A stretch of DNA of 63,239 bases, the filler included, from Reclinomonas americana ATCC 50394 (taxonomy: Eukaryota), in the NCBI GenBank assembly GCA_048213135.1. It is 7 parts of 7 records of this genome, joined end to end, with 100 filler letters (N's around TTAATTAATTAA, not from the genome) between each part and the next. Parts side by side here need not be neighbours in the genome. Positions count along the whole stretch, not along the records: positions 26,070 to 38,434 come from AFZH01017580.1; positions 38,535 to 41,197 come from AFZH01017581.1; 5 more parts are not named here. One strand, given 5' to 3'. The notes under the pieces were generated by a model. It was given only the letters and a program-made list of their open reading frames with translations. It ran no database searches and was not told the origin of the DNA. Position numbers and translations under genes: made by a program. Position 1 is the stretch's first letter. Each line of letters starts with the position of its first letter. Shown in pieces: positions 26,070 to 38,900 of the stretch.

Positions 26070-26697
26070 TGACACGAGGAGAGAGACACTGACAGACAAG
26101 CGTGGATCATGTATGTGCCTTGGGGATGCGCGTGGAATAGTGACGGCCGTACTGCGCGTGAAACTCCAACGTGCGATCGGCCTGCAGGAAGACCAGCTTG
26201 CGAAAGTCGTTGCCGAGAAAGGTGAACTGCACGCACTCGGCGTCCATGTGCCGCTCAAACTTCATCGACAACTGCGAGCACTCAAAGCAGCGCACTTGCG
26301 GCTTGTACACGCCCGTGGCCACAATGTATCGCCCATCGGGGGACACACGAACGCGCTGCGAGGTCACCGGGAACTCAAAGTGCTGAATGAGGTCGATACG
26401 ACGCAGGAACTCTGGAGACAGAGAGAGAGAGTGGAGAGAGTGAGGGATTGGTGGAGAGTGATCATGCGTTTTTTGTTATCGCACACAGACCTTCGTCTTT
26501 CCGTTGTGCACCCTTGCCCTTCTTCTTCAGCGCCTCCCATTGGGGAGCGGTGCGCGTCGAGGTGAGATTGTAGACCTGTGCGAGTTGTTGATGTGAATGT
26601 GCACATGGCCAACACACACACGCTCACCCCAACACACGACACGAGAACACGAGTTACTGACCTTGACGCCATTTGTTTGCTGCAGCTTGAGAGACAT
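26070..26697 (-). CDS. NOL10: Nucleolar protein 10 / ENP2, 5' part; truncated by the contig edge
   Basis: MSLKLQQTNGVK|VYNLTS...RRIDLIQHFEFPVTSQRVRVSPDGRYIVATGVYKPQVRCFECSQLSMKFERH...HYSTRIPK. Confidence 0.95.
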
Positions 26698-26775
26698 GGT
26701 GGCGGCGGCGGTGCTGGCGTGCGTGCTCTCGCTCCACTTTGATCTCTAAACGAGCAACAGGACAAGTGGCGACGT

Positions 26776-28262
26776 TCAATGCTCGTGTGTCGCCTCGACA
26801 AGGTGGCCCAGCTTGCGCACAAGAGGGGCGATATTGTAGGGAAACAAGTGCCTTTCGGAGAGCGTGGAAAGGCGTCGATGGAGTGCGGCGAGAAATTGAT
26901 GAAATGAGGCAACGTCGGCAGCTGGCAACTCGGCGAGCGCGGCTGTGCACCAGGGCGGAGCGGCCAGCATGGTGTTGACCAAACTGCAACGCGGCAGTGG
27001 AGTGAGTGAGTGGATCACTAGCAAGGGGAAGATGCATGCATGCATGCAGAGCGCACCGGACCGTGAGCTCTAACGTCGAGGTCTGCAATGGAGAAGGAAG
27101 TGAGCACGGGCGAGCTGGCAACAAAAGAATGCACCAAGGACTCGCCCCCTCGCTCGACATGAGCAGCTCGATCCACACGGCAATGTCAAAGCCGATGGAA
27201 CGCACAAAGCCGACCAGCAAGCGAAGTGGACACAGGTAGCGATCGATCAGCTGTGCGGCGTGCTCACTGCGCAGGCGGTTGGTGTCAGTCGCCGAGCTGC
27301 ACGCCCTGTCTACACCGACACACAACTCTTGCACGGCGCTTCGCATCTCCAGCAGCTGGTGCGCAAGAGCCACCATGTGATGATCGGCTCGGCTGAACTC
27401 ACGAACCATGGCGGCGTGCAGGCCACTCACAGAGCCCGGACACTGTGCTGCGTCGATGGAGAAGATGAGCCGTGAAGATAAAGGAGCGGAAGAGGAGAGC
27501 CGAACCAGCCAGTGATTCCAGCAACAGTCCGACTCGCCGCCACACATCCTCTCCCTTGACTGCTCCTCCGCACACTGCCACCAGCGCCAACATGTATCGT
27601 CGAAAGAGCAATCGCTCCGCCACCACAGCAGTCATGCACACGCTGCAGCTGCTGTCTTCTTCCCCATCGTCACCTCGCTCGTCAGCAATCACCGCCCGCA
27701 GCGGCACATACTGCTCCACCGTGCGCTCCAGCCACGAAAGCGCCGCCGAGGTCTCCGCACAACACGTCTGCACCAGCCGCAACGCCGCGTCTCCGTGGTA
27801 ATACACATCCACACCATGCGACGGCCATCGCGCACTCATGGTTTCCAACACTGTCTCCCTTCCCATCGCTGCAGCCACAGCAGCCGCACCGTGTTGTTTG
27901 CACATTGCCCGCAGCAAGTGGCAGTACTCGCTCTGCACAAGCGTCGAGGGATCGTCGGGTCGCGCACCTCGCAGTAACGCGATCACACTGTCATCATCAC
28001 CATCTTCTTCCTCCTCATCATCATCATCATCCTCCTCTCGATGCCGAATCCACTCGCGCAGTACCAATGCAGCGTTCAGGCGATCCACTGGCGGCAAGTC
28101 CACGTTCATCTGCTCTCCAGTGAGTGATTGAGAGAGTGAGTGAGAAAGAGCGAGACAACGCACCATGATCACACACTGCTGTCGGGCAAGCGCGACAGCC
28201 TCCTTGTGCGACAGCTGCAGCAGGTGCCGGAGGGTGGCCTGCGCGCGAGAAAAGGCCTCCAT
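26776..28262 (-). CDS. Protein Lines homolog (LINS1-like)
   Basis: FVRSIGFDIAVWIELLMSSE and C-terminal LHRRLSTLSERHLFPYNIAPLVRKL match the Lines conserved motifs (FD..VLLD.L.S.E; LFPYN..PL). Confidence 0.75.
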
Positions 28263-28293
28263 GCAGCGAGTTGTCCCGTCGGTGTCCTTGCCT

Positions 28294-29349
28294 TCAATCG
28301 TCGCGCATCGATCGCCACCACACCACCTGCGCCTCCTCGACAATGAAGCAGCGCAGGACGGTCTCCGGCAGGCAGCGTGCCTCACAGTCGCTCACCGCTT
28401 GCGCGGCCGCGCGAGCCGCCCACAGTTCCTCATACGCGTACGCGCTGGCGGTGCGCCACAGTCGCACAGTGGTGTCGTGACTGCCGCTGACCACGTGCGC
28501 ATTGTCGGGCATCACCGCCACAGTCAGCACACCACGCGTGTGCCCGCGAAAGCACGCCACTTGCTCCCCGTCGCGAAGCAGCGACCACATGCGCACAGTG
28601 GCATCGGCCGCGCCACTGACCACGAAGCGGCGATCGGTGGTGACTGCCACTGCGCGCACTGCGCCCTCGTGCCCCACGCATTGACGACACTCCCCGTTCT
28701 CCAGCGACCACACGCGCACAGTCGCATCCTGACCGCCACTGATCACTCTCCCCGGCGTGCACACCGCCACCGCGTTCACCGAGTGCGTGTGTCCGCGCAG
28801 ACAGTGTACGATGTGGCTTCGCTGCACCAGCAACAGCGACCACACGCGTATGCAGCCGTCGCTATAGGCGGCGACCAGCAGATCATCCTCCTCCATGATC
28901 GCCACGGCGTTCAAATGCACCTCCTCTTGCTCGTCTTCTGTGCACCACCGTGGCAATCGCTGCATCTGCTGCTGACTCTCCAGCGCCCACACGTGCACGT
29001 CGCCGCGTGAGTCACCGATCACCAGGCGCTTCTCGTCGCACGCCATTGACAAGATCGACTCTGGCATCGGCTGGTGCGACAACAGCTCGCCACTCTCCAG
29101 CGAGTGCGCACACAGTGTGGCGTCGCTGCTGCCGGAGAACACCACCTTGTTGCGCGTGTCGAGGCACACGCACAGCACGGCGTCGTCGTGATCGGCGAGC
29201 TCGTGCAACTCGTGAGTGCCCTGATCGCCGCCACACGACCACACGCGAATGGTGCTGTCCCAGCTGCCGGTGACGAGGAGCGGCGGTGATGCCGAGACGG
29301 CCACGCTCGACACGGAGCCCGAGTGGCCGCGCACCTCTCTCGCGGCCAT
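28294..29349 (-). CDS. Intronless WD40-repeat protein (about 7 blades)
   Basis: 351-aa ORF with repeated GH....V..VAV.......SGS.D.TVRVW units. Confidence 0.92.
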   Translation of the reverse strand: MAAREVRGHSGSVSSVAVSASPPLLVTGSWDSTIRVWSCGGDQGTHELHELADHDDAVLCVCLDTRNKVVFSGSSDATLCAHSLESGELLSHQPMPESILSMACDEKRLVIGDSRGDVHVWALESQQQMQRLPRWCTEDEQEEVHLNAVAIMEEDDLLVAAYSDGCIRVWSLLLVQRSHIVHCLRGHTHSVNAVAVCTPGRVISGGQDATVRVWSLENGECRQCVGHEGAVRAVAVTTDRRFVVSGAADATVRMWSLLRDGEQVACFRGHTRGVLTVAVMPDNAHVVSGSHDTTVRLWRTASAYAYEELWAARAAAQAVSDCEARCLPETVLRCFIVEEAQVVWWRSMRDD

Positions 29350-29392
29350 GGCCAGACGTGATCTATCGCGGATCGATGAGGTGAATGTGTGA

Positions 29393-29465
29393 TCCCCGAT
29401 AGTCTAGGCGGTTAGGACAGTAGTCTCTCACACTGCAAACCCGGGTTCAACTCCCGGTCGGGGAG
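29393..29465 (+). tRNA. tRNA-Glu (anticodon CTC)
   Basis: Acceptor stem TCCCCGA/TCGGGGA, anticodon stem GTAGT/ACTGC with loop CT-CTC-AC, T-arm CCGGG-TTCAACT-CCCGG, and a T-run Pol III terminator at 29473-29477. Confidence 0.95.
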
Positions 29466-29789
29466 TCCTTACTTTTTGATTTCTTTTTGCTTCTTATTTT
29501 TATTTTTTTCCTCCTGCATCAACCAGTGAAGAAGGGTTGCACGGATAGGGATCAGAAGGCCGTGATGCCAAGGCGCAGTCTTCATGATCAAGGATCGATC
29601 GTCGATATCGATCGTCGATGAATTCGAAATCGAAGTCGCAGACGTCCTCCTCTGCCACCAATTCCCGTGCACTGCTGTGGTCCTCCCGACGGCAGCGGAG
29701 CTATTCTTGCCACTGCGCTCAGGCTCCCCCATTTAGAACCGCAGAGGACACCAACACGACACAGGACTCCAAATCCAGTTTTCCGAGTC

Positions 29790-32700
29790 ATGGGCGCCGG
29801 CCAAAGCCACCTGGCGCTCCCCTCACCCCCACCCTCGCCTCGGCGAGAGGGCTCCCATCGCAACTCACTCGACTCTGCACGCTCGGTCATTGTCTCCAAC
29901 AACATTGCCGCACAATGCGTCGCCGGACTCATGCTGGCCTCGGCGGAGGACGGAGGCAGTGTGATAGGAGGCGCAGTGGCAGGCAGCGGAGGAGGAGGAG
30001 CGCAAGGAGTCGCAGTGGGGGCTGGAGACGAAGGCGCACAACCGGCACTGCTGCTGCCGTCGATGATGTTTGCGCGCTTGGTCGAATCGACGTCGAAGGG
30101 CGGCGCGGATTTCGGTGGCTTCTCGGTCGCCCCCACCGCCCTGCGCAGTCCTGCAGTGCGTCGCTTCATTACCTGCGAAGGACGGCGCATTCAGGTGAGA
30201 GAAATCCACACAGATGCATTCGATCAGCTCCCTCATCGTTCGTTCGTCAGCTGTACGACGGCGACTTGCTCGAGTTCCCGGTGCATGCGACGGTGAATCC
30301 GTCCAATGTCAACCTGGTCTTTGCGGGTGGTGTCAGTCGCGCGTTGGAGGCGGCCGGTGGCAGTGAGCTGGTCGCCAATGCCATGGCGGGCTTGGCGCAG
30401 GCGTCCACGGATGGGAAGCTGGAGCCGGGAAGAGTGCGTTGTGGGTGACGTGATGGGCAGTTTGTGTAGGGGTTGTTGACGATCTGTCTGCAGGCGTTCA
30501 TCGCGCGAGGAGGCGCACAGCTGGCCTCACGACGCGGAATTCTGTGGGTCGTGCACACTTGTTGCGATCGCGATCCTCCTTCTTCACAATGCGTTCCGTG
30601 TTTCGCTCTGCTCTTATGTGTGTATGCATCAGGCGGTCCACAGTTGCCTGGTCGCGACGCGCCACCACTATCGCTGTCGGAGAACGAGGAGTTGCTCGGT
30701 CTGTGCATTCTCCGCTGCCTGGAGGAGGCCACCGAGCAGGATTGCGAGTCGATCTCGTTCCCGGCCATTGGCTGTGGATTCGCTCGTGCGTGCTCATTTC
30801 ATCATCACCGCATAGGCAATCGCTCATTCCAGCGCTTGCAGAGTTTCCGGTGAGCTCCGTGGCCACGGTCATGTTGCGCTCGATTGCGCACTTTTTCGGC
30901 ACGTCGTACGGAGCGCGGTCGTCGCTCACCGACGTGCGCATTGTGCTGCGCCGCAAGGACGATCTCATGCCCCACTTTGCGCGGGAGGTCTGTGTTGGAA
31001 GCCATCGCTCTTCCTCTTCTTCCTCTTCTGCTCACCGCACACCACGCGCGCAGTTTGACCGCATCATGACAATGTACATTCGCGCTCCGCCGGCACCGCA
31101 GTTCCCACCACTGAGCGCCGAGCCCGACGCCAATGTCGTGGTGGAGCGTTACACGGCGCTCACCGGCAGCGCTGATATGCGCCGCATGGTGCATGGCTTG
31201 CGTGCAGTCAGCACGATGCGTGCACAGGCCGCATGCATGCTGGAGACCAGTCACTGGCTCGTGCGATTGCAGTCAACCGGTCGAGTTGCGTCATCCCCTT
31301 CACCCCCTCTCTATCTCTCTTCCCCCCATCTCACCATCTCTGCAGCTGAATCCGATGCGCGCTCGCACGGGCCGACGATTCACCATGACAACGGAGCGCA
31401 TCTCACAACTGCGTTGCGATGTGGGACGGCTGACAAGCGAGGCAGACACGGTGTTGGACCAGTTGTCGAGTGCAGTGGCGCGCGCCAATGGCCACATTAC
31501 ACTTGAGATTCGTGGCCTGGGCGAACTGCGCGCTGCGGCGTGCCGACGCGCCGTGCAAAAGGCTGATGAACTCCTGAAGGACGTGGTCGGCGATCTGCGC
31601 TGGTTGCGGGGACTGCAAGACGAAGTGCGCTCGGCGTTGCGGCACTTTGCCGAAACGTTTGGGGATTTGGTTGCCGGCCTGTCGTCAGCCGATGTAGTCG
31701 ATCCATCTCGTGCGTGTACGCTCCATCTCGACTGCATTTCGTCAGCAGCACGCTGACGGCGTGGTGTTTCGTGCAGGGTTGTACGAGATCGCTGCAACAT
31801 GGTGTAGCGAGCATCGGGAAACCCTGCGAATGTCCATTGAGCGCACACAGTGGATGCTGTTGCGTACCGACGTGTTGCAGTGGCGTGATACGCTGGCGCT
31901 GGAGGCGGCTACACTTGAGCAGGTTTGCATCAATCACTACTTGTACTGGTGGCTCGTTGGCTCATCGACTTGCAGAGTCTCGGCAACGCCGACACCATTT
32001 GCAGCATCTACGTGGCGCTGAGCCATGTGGCACGCGAGGTGCGTGGGATGCTCTCGTGCTCTTCTGTTTTTTCTTCTTTCTGATCATTGCGTGCCGCAGA
32101 TTGACGCCACACTCGATCACCTGGCCGACATGGAAGACTTTGCCAAGCGCAGCAAGGAAAAATGCGATCGTGTCTTGATGTTCAGACGACAGGCGGCGGA
32201 CTTGTTCCGCCGAGTCGACTTGTTGGTGGCTCGCAGTCGACGCCTGGAAGCGCAAGGCCCCAGCCACGCTGCCGACCTGGCCACGACACTGGCGGAGGCT
32301 GATGTCATTCGCGCAGAAATGGCTGCACTCGGTGACCAGTCGCAGGAACCGGACTTGGTGTTGCAGCGCAGCCCGGAGATGTTTGTGGCACAGCGCCTGC
32401 CCGAGGCCATTGACACTGCGGTACGGCAAGGAGTGCCATTGTTTCCATTCACGCAACTCGCCACGCCGTTGCTGCTGGTGCGCGAATCGTCCTCGTTCTT
32501 CAAGCTGTGCACGTACTCAGCTGGGTGTGCGCACAGAGACGAGGATACCGGAGTGCGGTGCGACAGTCGGACCATCCGGGAGACATGTCACCGTCACCTG
32601 CCGTGTACGTTCCTCCAGCAGAGTTTGGCGAGGTGACACAGAGTCGACTGTCGGAGCCAGCGCGGCTGTTTTTGCAAGAGCTCTGCGCTGCATTTAGCGG

Positions 32701-35700
32701 CGTCGGCGACGTGTGTGCCGTGTGTCGGCACGTGCAGGCTATCCTGTCGGAGTTCACTGTCGCCGCCGAAGCGAGCCCACGATGCAGCATCGATGCATTT
32801 TGGCACGAGATTCTTGTTGCGTTTTACATGGATAGCCGGTGATTTTCAATGTTTGGTTGCAGTTTTCTCATCTCTGTTCCACGACAGTCATTCCGTGAGA
32901 TCATGGAGTCGAGCGATCACAATTCACCGGCATACTTGGAGACTGCATTTTCGGTATGCATCGCCACCCCTCCATCATGTCTTCAGACACTTTGCTGACA
33001 TCGTGCTCGGCAGATGGACATTATTTTGAGTTCGTATCAGATGTGGGTCGAAGATATTGGCCACATGCGCGTGCTGGGTGGCGCGGTGGAGCCAGTGGAA
33101 CACCGCCTGGCACTGGCCGCCACCAGTTGCCTGCTCGCCAATCGACTTCCGCCGCCCAGTTGGAGTTACTTCCAGCTGGACGTCGCGCTTGGTGGCGGCG
33201 GCCTGGACGAGACACCTCGTGTGCTCTCTGTCGGAGCACTGGGTGTCAAGAATGGACAACAGTTGCGTGTCGCACCCGCCGAATGCGAGCAGCAGCATCG
33301 CGCACTCACTTCCTCCCGTGCGCACAGATCTTCGCTTCTCAATTTCATGTTTGGTACGCGTTTCGACGAGGACGCCCCACAACCCGGCGTCTTCTTGTCG
33401 GCTGGCATGTGCGCCACTCCTGGCGTCAGCCGGCCCAATTCCGATGTCTTTGTCATGTCGGCTCCGGCACTGACCGACGTGCGCCAGGAGGGCAAGTCGC
33501 CAGCCGAGTTGAGTCTGGTTTTCCCCCATCGACAAATGTCAGTCACTCACTGCTTTTTTTCCGCCACTGCAGAGGAGCGTTGAGCGTGGCCACACTCATC
33601 TCCAGTGTCTCCCATTTGCTGATCCTGCATGTGGCCGACATGGCGGACCTCGTGCTGCTCTGCAACATTGCTCTGAGTGCTTTGAAAGAGGTCTTTTGGC
33701 TCCGTGTGTTTCTCCATCAGCTGTCCACTCACACACGACACACACAATTTTGGTCTGCAGATTGGCACACTCAAGACGCTGCCTCGTGTGATGGTTGTGT
33801 CGACGGATCCGCGAGTGATGCGCCGCGAAGTCATGCAAGAGTTCGACAATGCCTCTCAGGTTGTCGGTGTTCTGCTGCATGACCTGGGATTGATGGAGCG
33901 CGATCGATTGCGTGTCTTGTTTGTGCCTCCGGTGAGTGCGCCAGTCGCCTCCGTACTTTCTCCACTCTTGTGTGCCGAAATTCACTGTCTTTGGCGACAA
34001 AGTTCGATCGCAGTCAGCTGGACGGCACAGACTACTTGCCGGAGGATCGCATCGGGTTTGAGATCACGCAGCTGAGCACGTCACTCAGGGACCACCTGGA
34101 TGAGCTGATGGCGAGCCCAGCAGAATGGTGCGCTGCGGGAGTGTCGGGGGGCAGTGAGTGTCATCAGATGCTGACGGTGGTGGGCGCAGGATGGACGACG
34201 TGACGGCCACGTGGAATGCTCTCCGATTGCACCAATCGCGGAGTGCGGCGGAGCGACCGGCTCCAGCGTCGGCGGATTTGTGTCGTCGACTCGAGAAACT
34301 GCGCAATCGTGCACGAGTTGCGTACCGCACTGATTGTCGCCACGGTGGTATATGGCTTATCTTGCGGTGCGCAGCTCATTCGGCGAATGGTGGACGACGA
34401 GATGGACATTGTGCGACTGTGCGATCAGGTGCGTAGCGCACGCCGGTGACTCGGCAGCCATTGCATGCGCTCACTTCTCGTCGACAGTTTATTCGCGAGC
34501 GACGAGTTGCATTCATCGACATTATCGATGCCGATGACACCGCCGATGCGCAGACCAGGTCACAAATGCGCCTGTTCTTCCAGCTGCTGCAGGTGAATTC
34601 TTTGGTGCCGCAGTGTCGCTGTCTCTTGTGTCGCTCACTCACCTCTTTCTGCTCTTTCGTCGCCACATGTAGGCCGACGCAGAGGAGCGTCGGGGCATGA
34701 TTCGACGATTCGCACCGCTGGAGGGCGCGCTGCAGCGTCTGCGCGACTGCAACGGCGTGGAGGGCGATCCAGCGTGGTGGGAGCAGCTCAATCAGGAACT
34801 TCCAGTCGGACGCATACTCCTCGACATTCCGCGTCATCTGCCCGCCAACGCTGCCTACGGGCAGTATGTCAGAGAGTTCCAAGGTGTGTATGGCGCCACT
34901 CCACGTATTCCTCTATGCCGTCAACACTCATGGGTGTGCATCAACAGACATGATTGTTGCGCTAGACAAGTGCAATCCCGACTTTGTCAGAGAAAACGAG
35001 CGTGATCCGCGCATCGATGCACTGAAAAGTTGCGACTCGACTGTGTGTGTGAGAGAGCGTGCAATGACTGACTGAGAGTGGCGGTGATCCAGTCGTGCCG
35101 GCTGTCATCAACCGTGCAATGGACTACCAGGGGCGCATTGCCGAGGACTTGCTGCGAAACACTCCACACAATCTGTACACGTATGTAGATGCTGGTGAGC
35201 GTCGCCGCTTGGATGTGCAGTCGGAGCTCGAACTGTGCACGGTGGCCAGACAGGCGTGGGCGGAGCACTCGTTGCTGATCAACACGCTTGGCCTCGGTGT
35301 TCGACAGCTCGAGGAGAAACTGCGCATGCCGGTGAGTGTTTGTTCGTGCAAGAAGAGGTGGTCTTCACGGCGTGTACTCAGTCGTGTTGCTGTGTAGGTC
35401 ATGCCGGGCCGCAGTGTGTTGCGCGAGTCGGGCCTCGCCAAGTCCAACCCGATCCGGATGCAAGTGATCAAAAGACCAACGGACATGGTGCAAGTGCAAC
35501 TCATTCTCTTCAGCGATGGTTGGTCGACGTCAGCGTCTCTGCAGTCTTTGCGCTCCGTGCTCATCCGCCATTTTTCGGCAGTGCTGGTCGTCTGTGAGGA
35601 CGAGCGCGGTCGTTCCCGCATCGTCATGGAGCGCTCGGATATCGCGCGTATCGTCAGCCTGGACACGGCGCCGCCCCCACTGACTGCCGATCGTTGTGTT

Positions 35701-35955
35701 CACCGCCGCTGCTGATATTATATAGTCTGTTTCTCATTCACCACGCGCACAGAGTACATTGATTACACGACGAGCTGGTTCCAGGTCGAATGCACAGAGG
35801 AGAGTCGGCTGCCGGTGCGTGTGTTCTGCTCGCCGTCGCAGAGTCAGGTGAGTTGTGCGGTGCACTGTCTGTGATGCCCCAAGGGAACTCATTCTCCTCC
35901 TCCACAGCGTGACATGTGGGTGCGCGCCATGCGCTTGTGGAAGTATGCCGGATAA
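29790..35955 (+). CDS. Large multi-exon protein: N-myristoylation motif, macrodomain, coiled coil, ubiquitin-like segment and a divergent DH-PH (RhoGEF) module; could be two genes
   Basis: MGAGQS start; LYDGDLL...VNPSNVNLVFAGGVSRAL...ISFPAIGCG (macro); VGRILL...YGQYV...VINRAMDYQ...DLLRNTP (DH-like); PGRSVLRESGLAK...LILFSD...RDMWVRAM (PH); TAA at 35953-35955. Confidence 0.72.
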
Positions 35956-35979
35956 AGTAAATTACTGTTTAATGTTGCC

Positions 35980-38900
35980 TCACGGGCTAAAAGGTGGTTC
36001 CCATCGGTGCACCTTGAGCGATGAGATGTTGTCCAGCTCTGCGTTCGCACAGCACATTCATGAGCGACAGAAGAAGCATGGGAGGGTGAGAGGAGGGAAG
36101 GATGCACCTAGTAGAGTTTGAATGCCCCGACTGGTTACGCCAGGGCGCTCGGAAACACGAAGGGCTTGCATGTTGCGCATCACTGTGTGCACGAAGCAAA
36201 GTCCATCGTCAACTCACAAGTACACACCGGCTGCTCCACTGCAACTCCACCACTCACCACGCAGTTTCAGCAGTCCCACATCCGACACGGCGCAATTGGT
36301 GACATTGAGGTAGGTGAGACGCTTGAGCGGTGTAATGTGCTCAAACACCGCGTCGGTGAGCCCATCGCAGCCCTCGAGGTGCAAACTGCGCAGTGCCACC
36401 AGCTGCAGCAGAAAGCGCAGGCTCATGTCTTCCACCTGTGGCGTCAACATTGGGTCAGCTCAAGTAGCAGGAGAAGCGAACGTGCGCTTTCCCCCCAACA
36501 GACCAGTGTGTGCTGCAGCGAGAGGTCGACCAGCTTCACCAGCGACGCCAACGGCGACAGACCCATCGGCGAGATACCAACGCAGCCGTCCAGCAGCAAA
36601 CGGCGCAGCTGACGAAAGGTCGAGATCGAAGCCACGCCCTCGTCGCCGACACCAAGACAGCCGCCAAGATACAGTGACGTCAGCGTGTTCCGGCACGAGG
36701 TCTCACTCAACAACCTCAACGCCTGCACGTATACACACACCGTGGTGACCCACTGCATCATGAAACACTGGACGAATTGCAACGCAGCACTTACCGTGTC
36801 GTCGATATTCGAGCCCGTCAAATCCAGCACCTCCAAACAGTGGAGACGCGCGAGGTGGTGTGTCCCGTGCGCCGACACGCCCATACACCGAGGCAAGTCG
36901 AGGACACGCAACTCCGACAGTGATGCGCACAGTGCAGCAAAACCGTCGTCGGCTACGGACAGGGGCGTGAGCAAGTTACCTCGATGCGAGCCGAAGCAAT
37001 TCTGGCGAGACGCACCAAGACCCAGTGGTTCTTCGGCGCACAGAACACGCAAGTGTCGCAGCCGGTGGAGCTGCTGCCAGGCGCCGTCGGACTCGATGCT
37101 GGTGCCGTCGACCTTTAATACCTGCAGTGATGGCGCCAGTTCGGCCAACCACTCGCACGAATCGTCGGTCACGTTGGGGCAAAACGACAAGTTGAGTGTC
37201 TCCAGACGATGTAGCCGCTCATGCAGCTCCGAGAGCATCAGCTCGTCGGCATGCGTGTCTTGCAGATTCAAGTTGGTCTGCGCAGACGCAGAGTGAGCAA
37301 ACTCATGGTGTACACCTCGTGCATGAGCGCCTACCAAATTTTCTAGTTGTGTAATAAAGGAGAGGCCGTCAGGTGAAATCATTTTGCAGCCGCGCAGGTT
37401 GAGATACTCGAGATTCTTCAACATCGGCAGCCTGATGGATGCACAGTGAGGTCACTGGATGTGCCCTCGAACCCCACACACGTACTCACGTTTGCATGCC
37501 AACATCGGCAGTCTGCGTTCCGGAAAGAATGAGCCGGCGCAGCGCGTGATTGTGTCGCGCGAGTGAGGCAAGCGTGCCGCAGCCGATGCGTCCGCACTCG
37601 GCCACGTCGAGGTGCTCCAGTTGTTTCAGTGGCTGCATGACAGTGAGTAACTGTTCCACTGTCTGCTGCAATAACATGCGCGCGCGTGCGCACCTGCAGG
37701 CATGTGGCCACTTGATCGGTGACTTTGCTGCATCGGAAAATGTTGAGCACGCGCAGCTCGGTCAGCTTGGCCAGCGACCGCAAGTCTTTTGTGTGCAGCG
37801 AGGAGCACATGGCCAAATTGAGGTCAGTGAGTGTGTCCTTTAGTGGCTCAAGCGCATCAATGGCTGTGCCATTCAGCTTGTCGTTGCGCTTCAACGACAG
37901 TGTGCGCAAACTCCACAGTGTCTACGCAGCAGCAGCAGCGACGACGGCAGCAGCAGCAACAGCAAACATACGCAAAAATACGTGCAGAAAACGTATGAGC
38001 CATCAACAAGGCCGAGGCGTCAACACAGCGAGGCACGAGCGCAAGGACGTGAGAAGGTGACTCACGCTTGCAATGCTCTCCAGGCCCTGTGCACCGACAG
38101 ACGGCACACCCTCCAACACCAGCGTCTCTAGCGCGTGGAAACCAGCCAACTGGCGCACACCTGCCGAGATAATCTCATGAGTACCGCAAAAGAAGTGCTT
38201 GTGTATCAGCGTCTCTCTCTCTCTCTCACGTACCGGCATTGCCGAGTCGCTTGCAGTTGGTGAGGTTGAGCGTGCGCAGCGTGTCGGCCAGCGGCACCGC
38301 GCGCGTCGCCTCACTGAGGATGTCGACCACCACCGTGGTCGCCGTAGTTCGCACCGAAAACGCAGTCGATGACGATGACGACGAGGAAGACGACGAGGAG
38401 GAGGATGACGACGCCGGCAAGGACGACGGGTAGGNNNNNNNNNNNNNNNNNNNNNNNNNNNNNNNNNNNNNNNNNNNNTTAATTAATTAANNNNNNNNNN
38501 NNNNNNNNNNNNNNNNNNNNNNNNNNNNNNNNNNAGAGAGGGAGTGGATCTGCATGCATCCTTGCAAATCTCGTCTTGAACCAAGGCACTGCAAGAGCTA
38601 AAGTCTGCTCGGATGTCGTGGTGCACAGCATCGGTTCGTGCATCACAAGAGACAGAAGAGCCTCAAGAAAACAGACTGGGAACTCTCGGAATGCATGCAA
38701 GGCTCACGAAATGCAGCTTGTGTGTCACCGCAAAGCCTCCACAGGAGACTGTTCTCCTGCAGCGCCTGACCAGACGCAGCTCTCCTCTCACTCCTCACAA
38801 CGACAACGAGTCTATGTTTAGACTTGCCCACTGGTCTTACTCTCTCACGCACCAGCGCCTTGAAGTTACGAAAGCTCAGACACGGCTGCAGACAGTCAAC

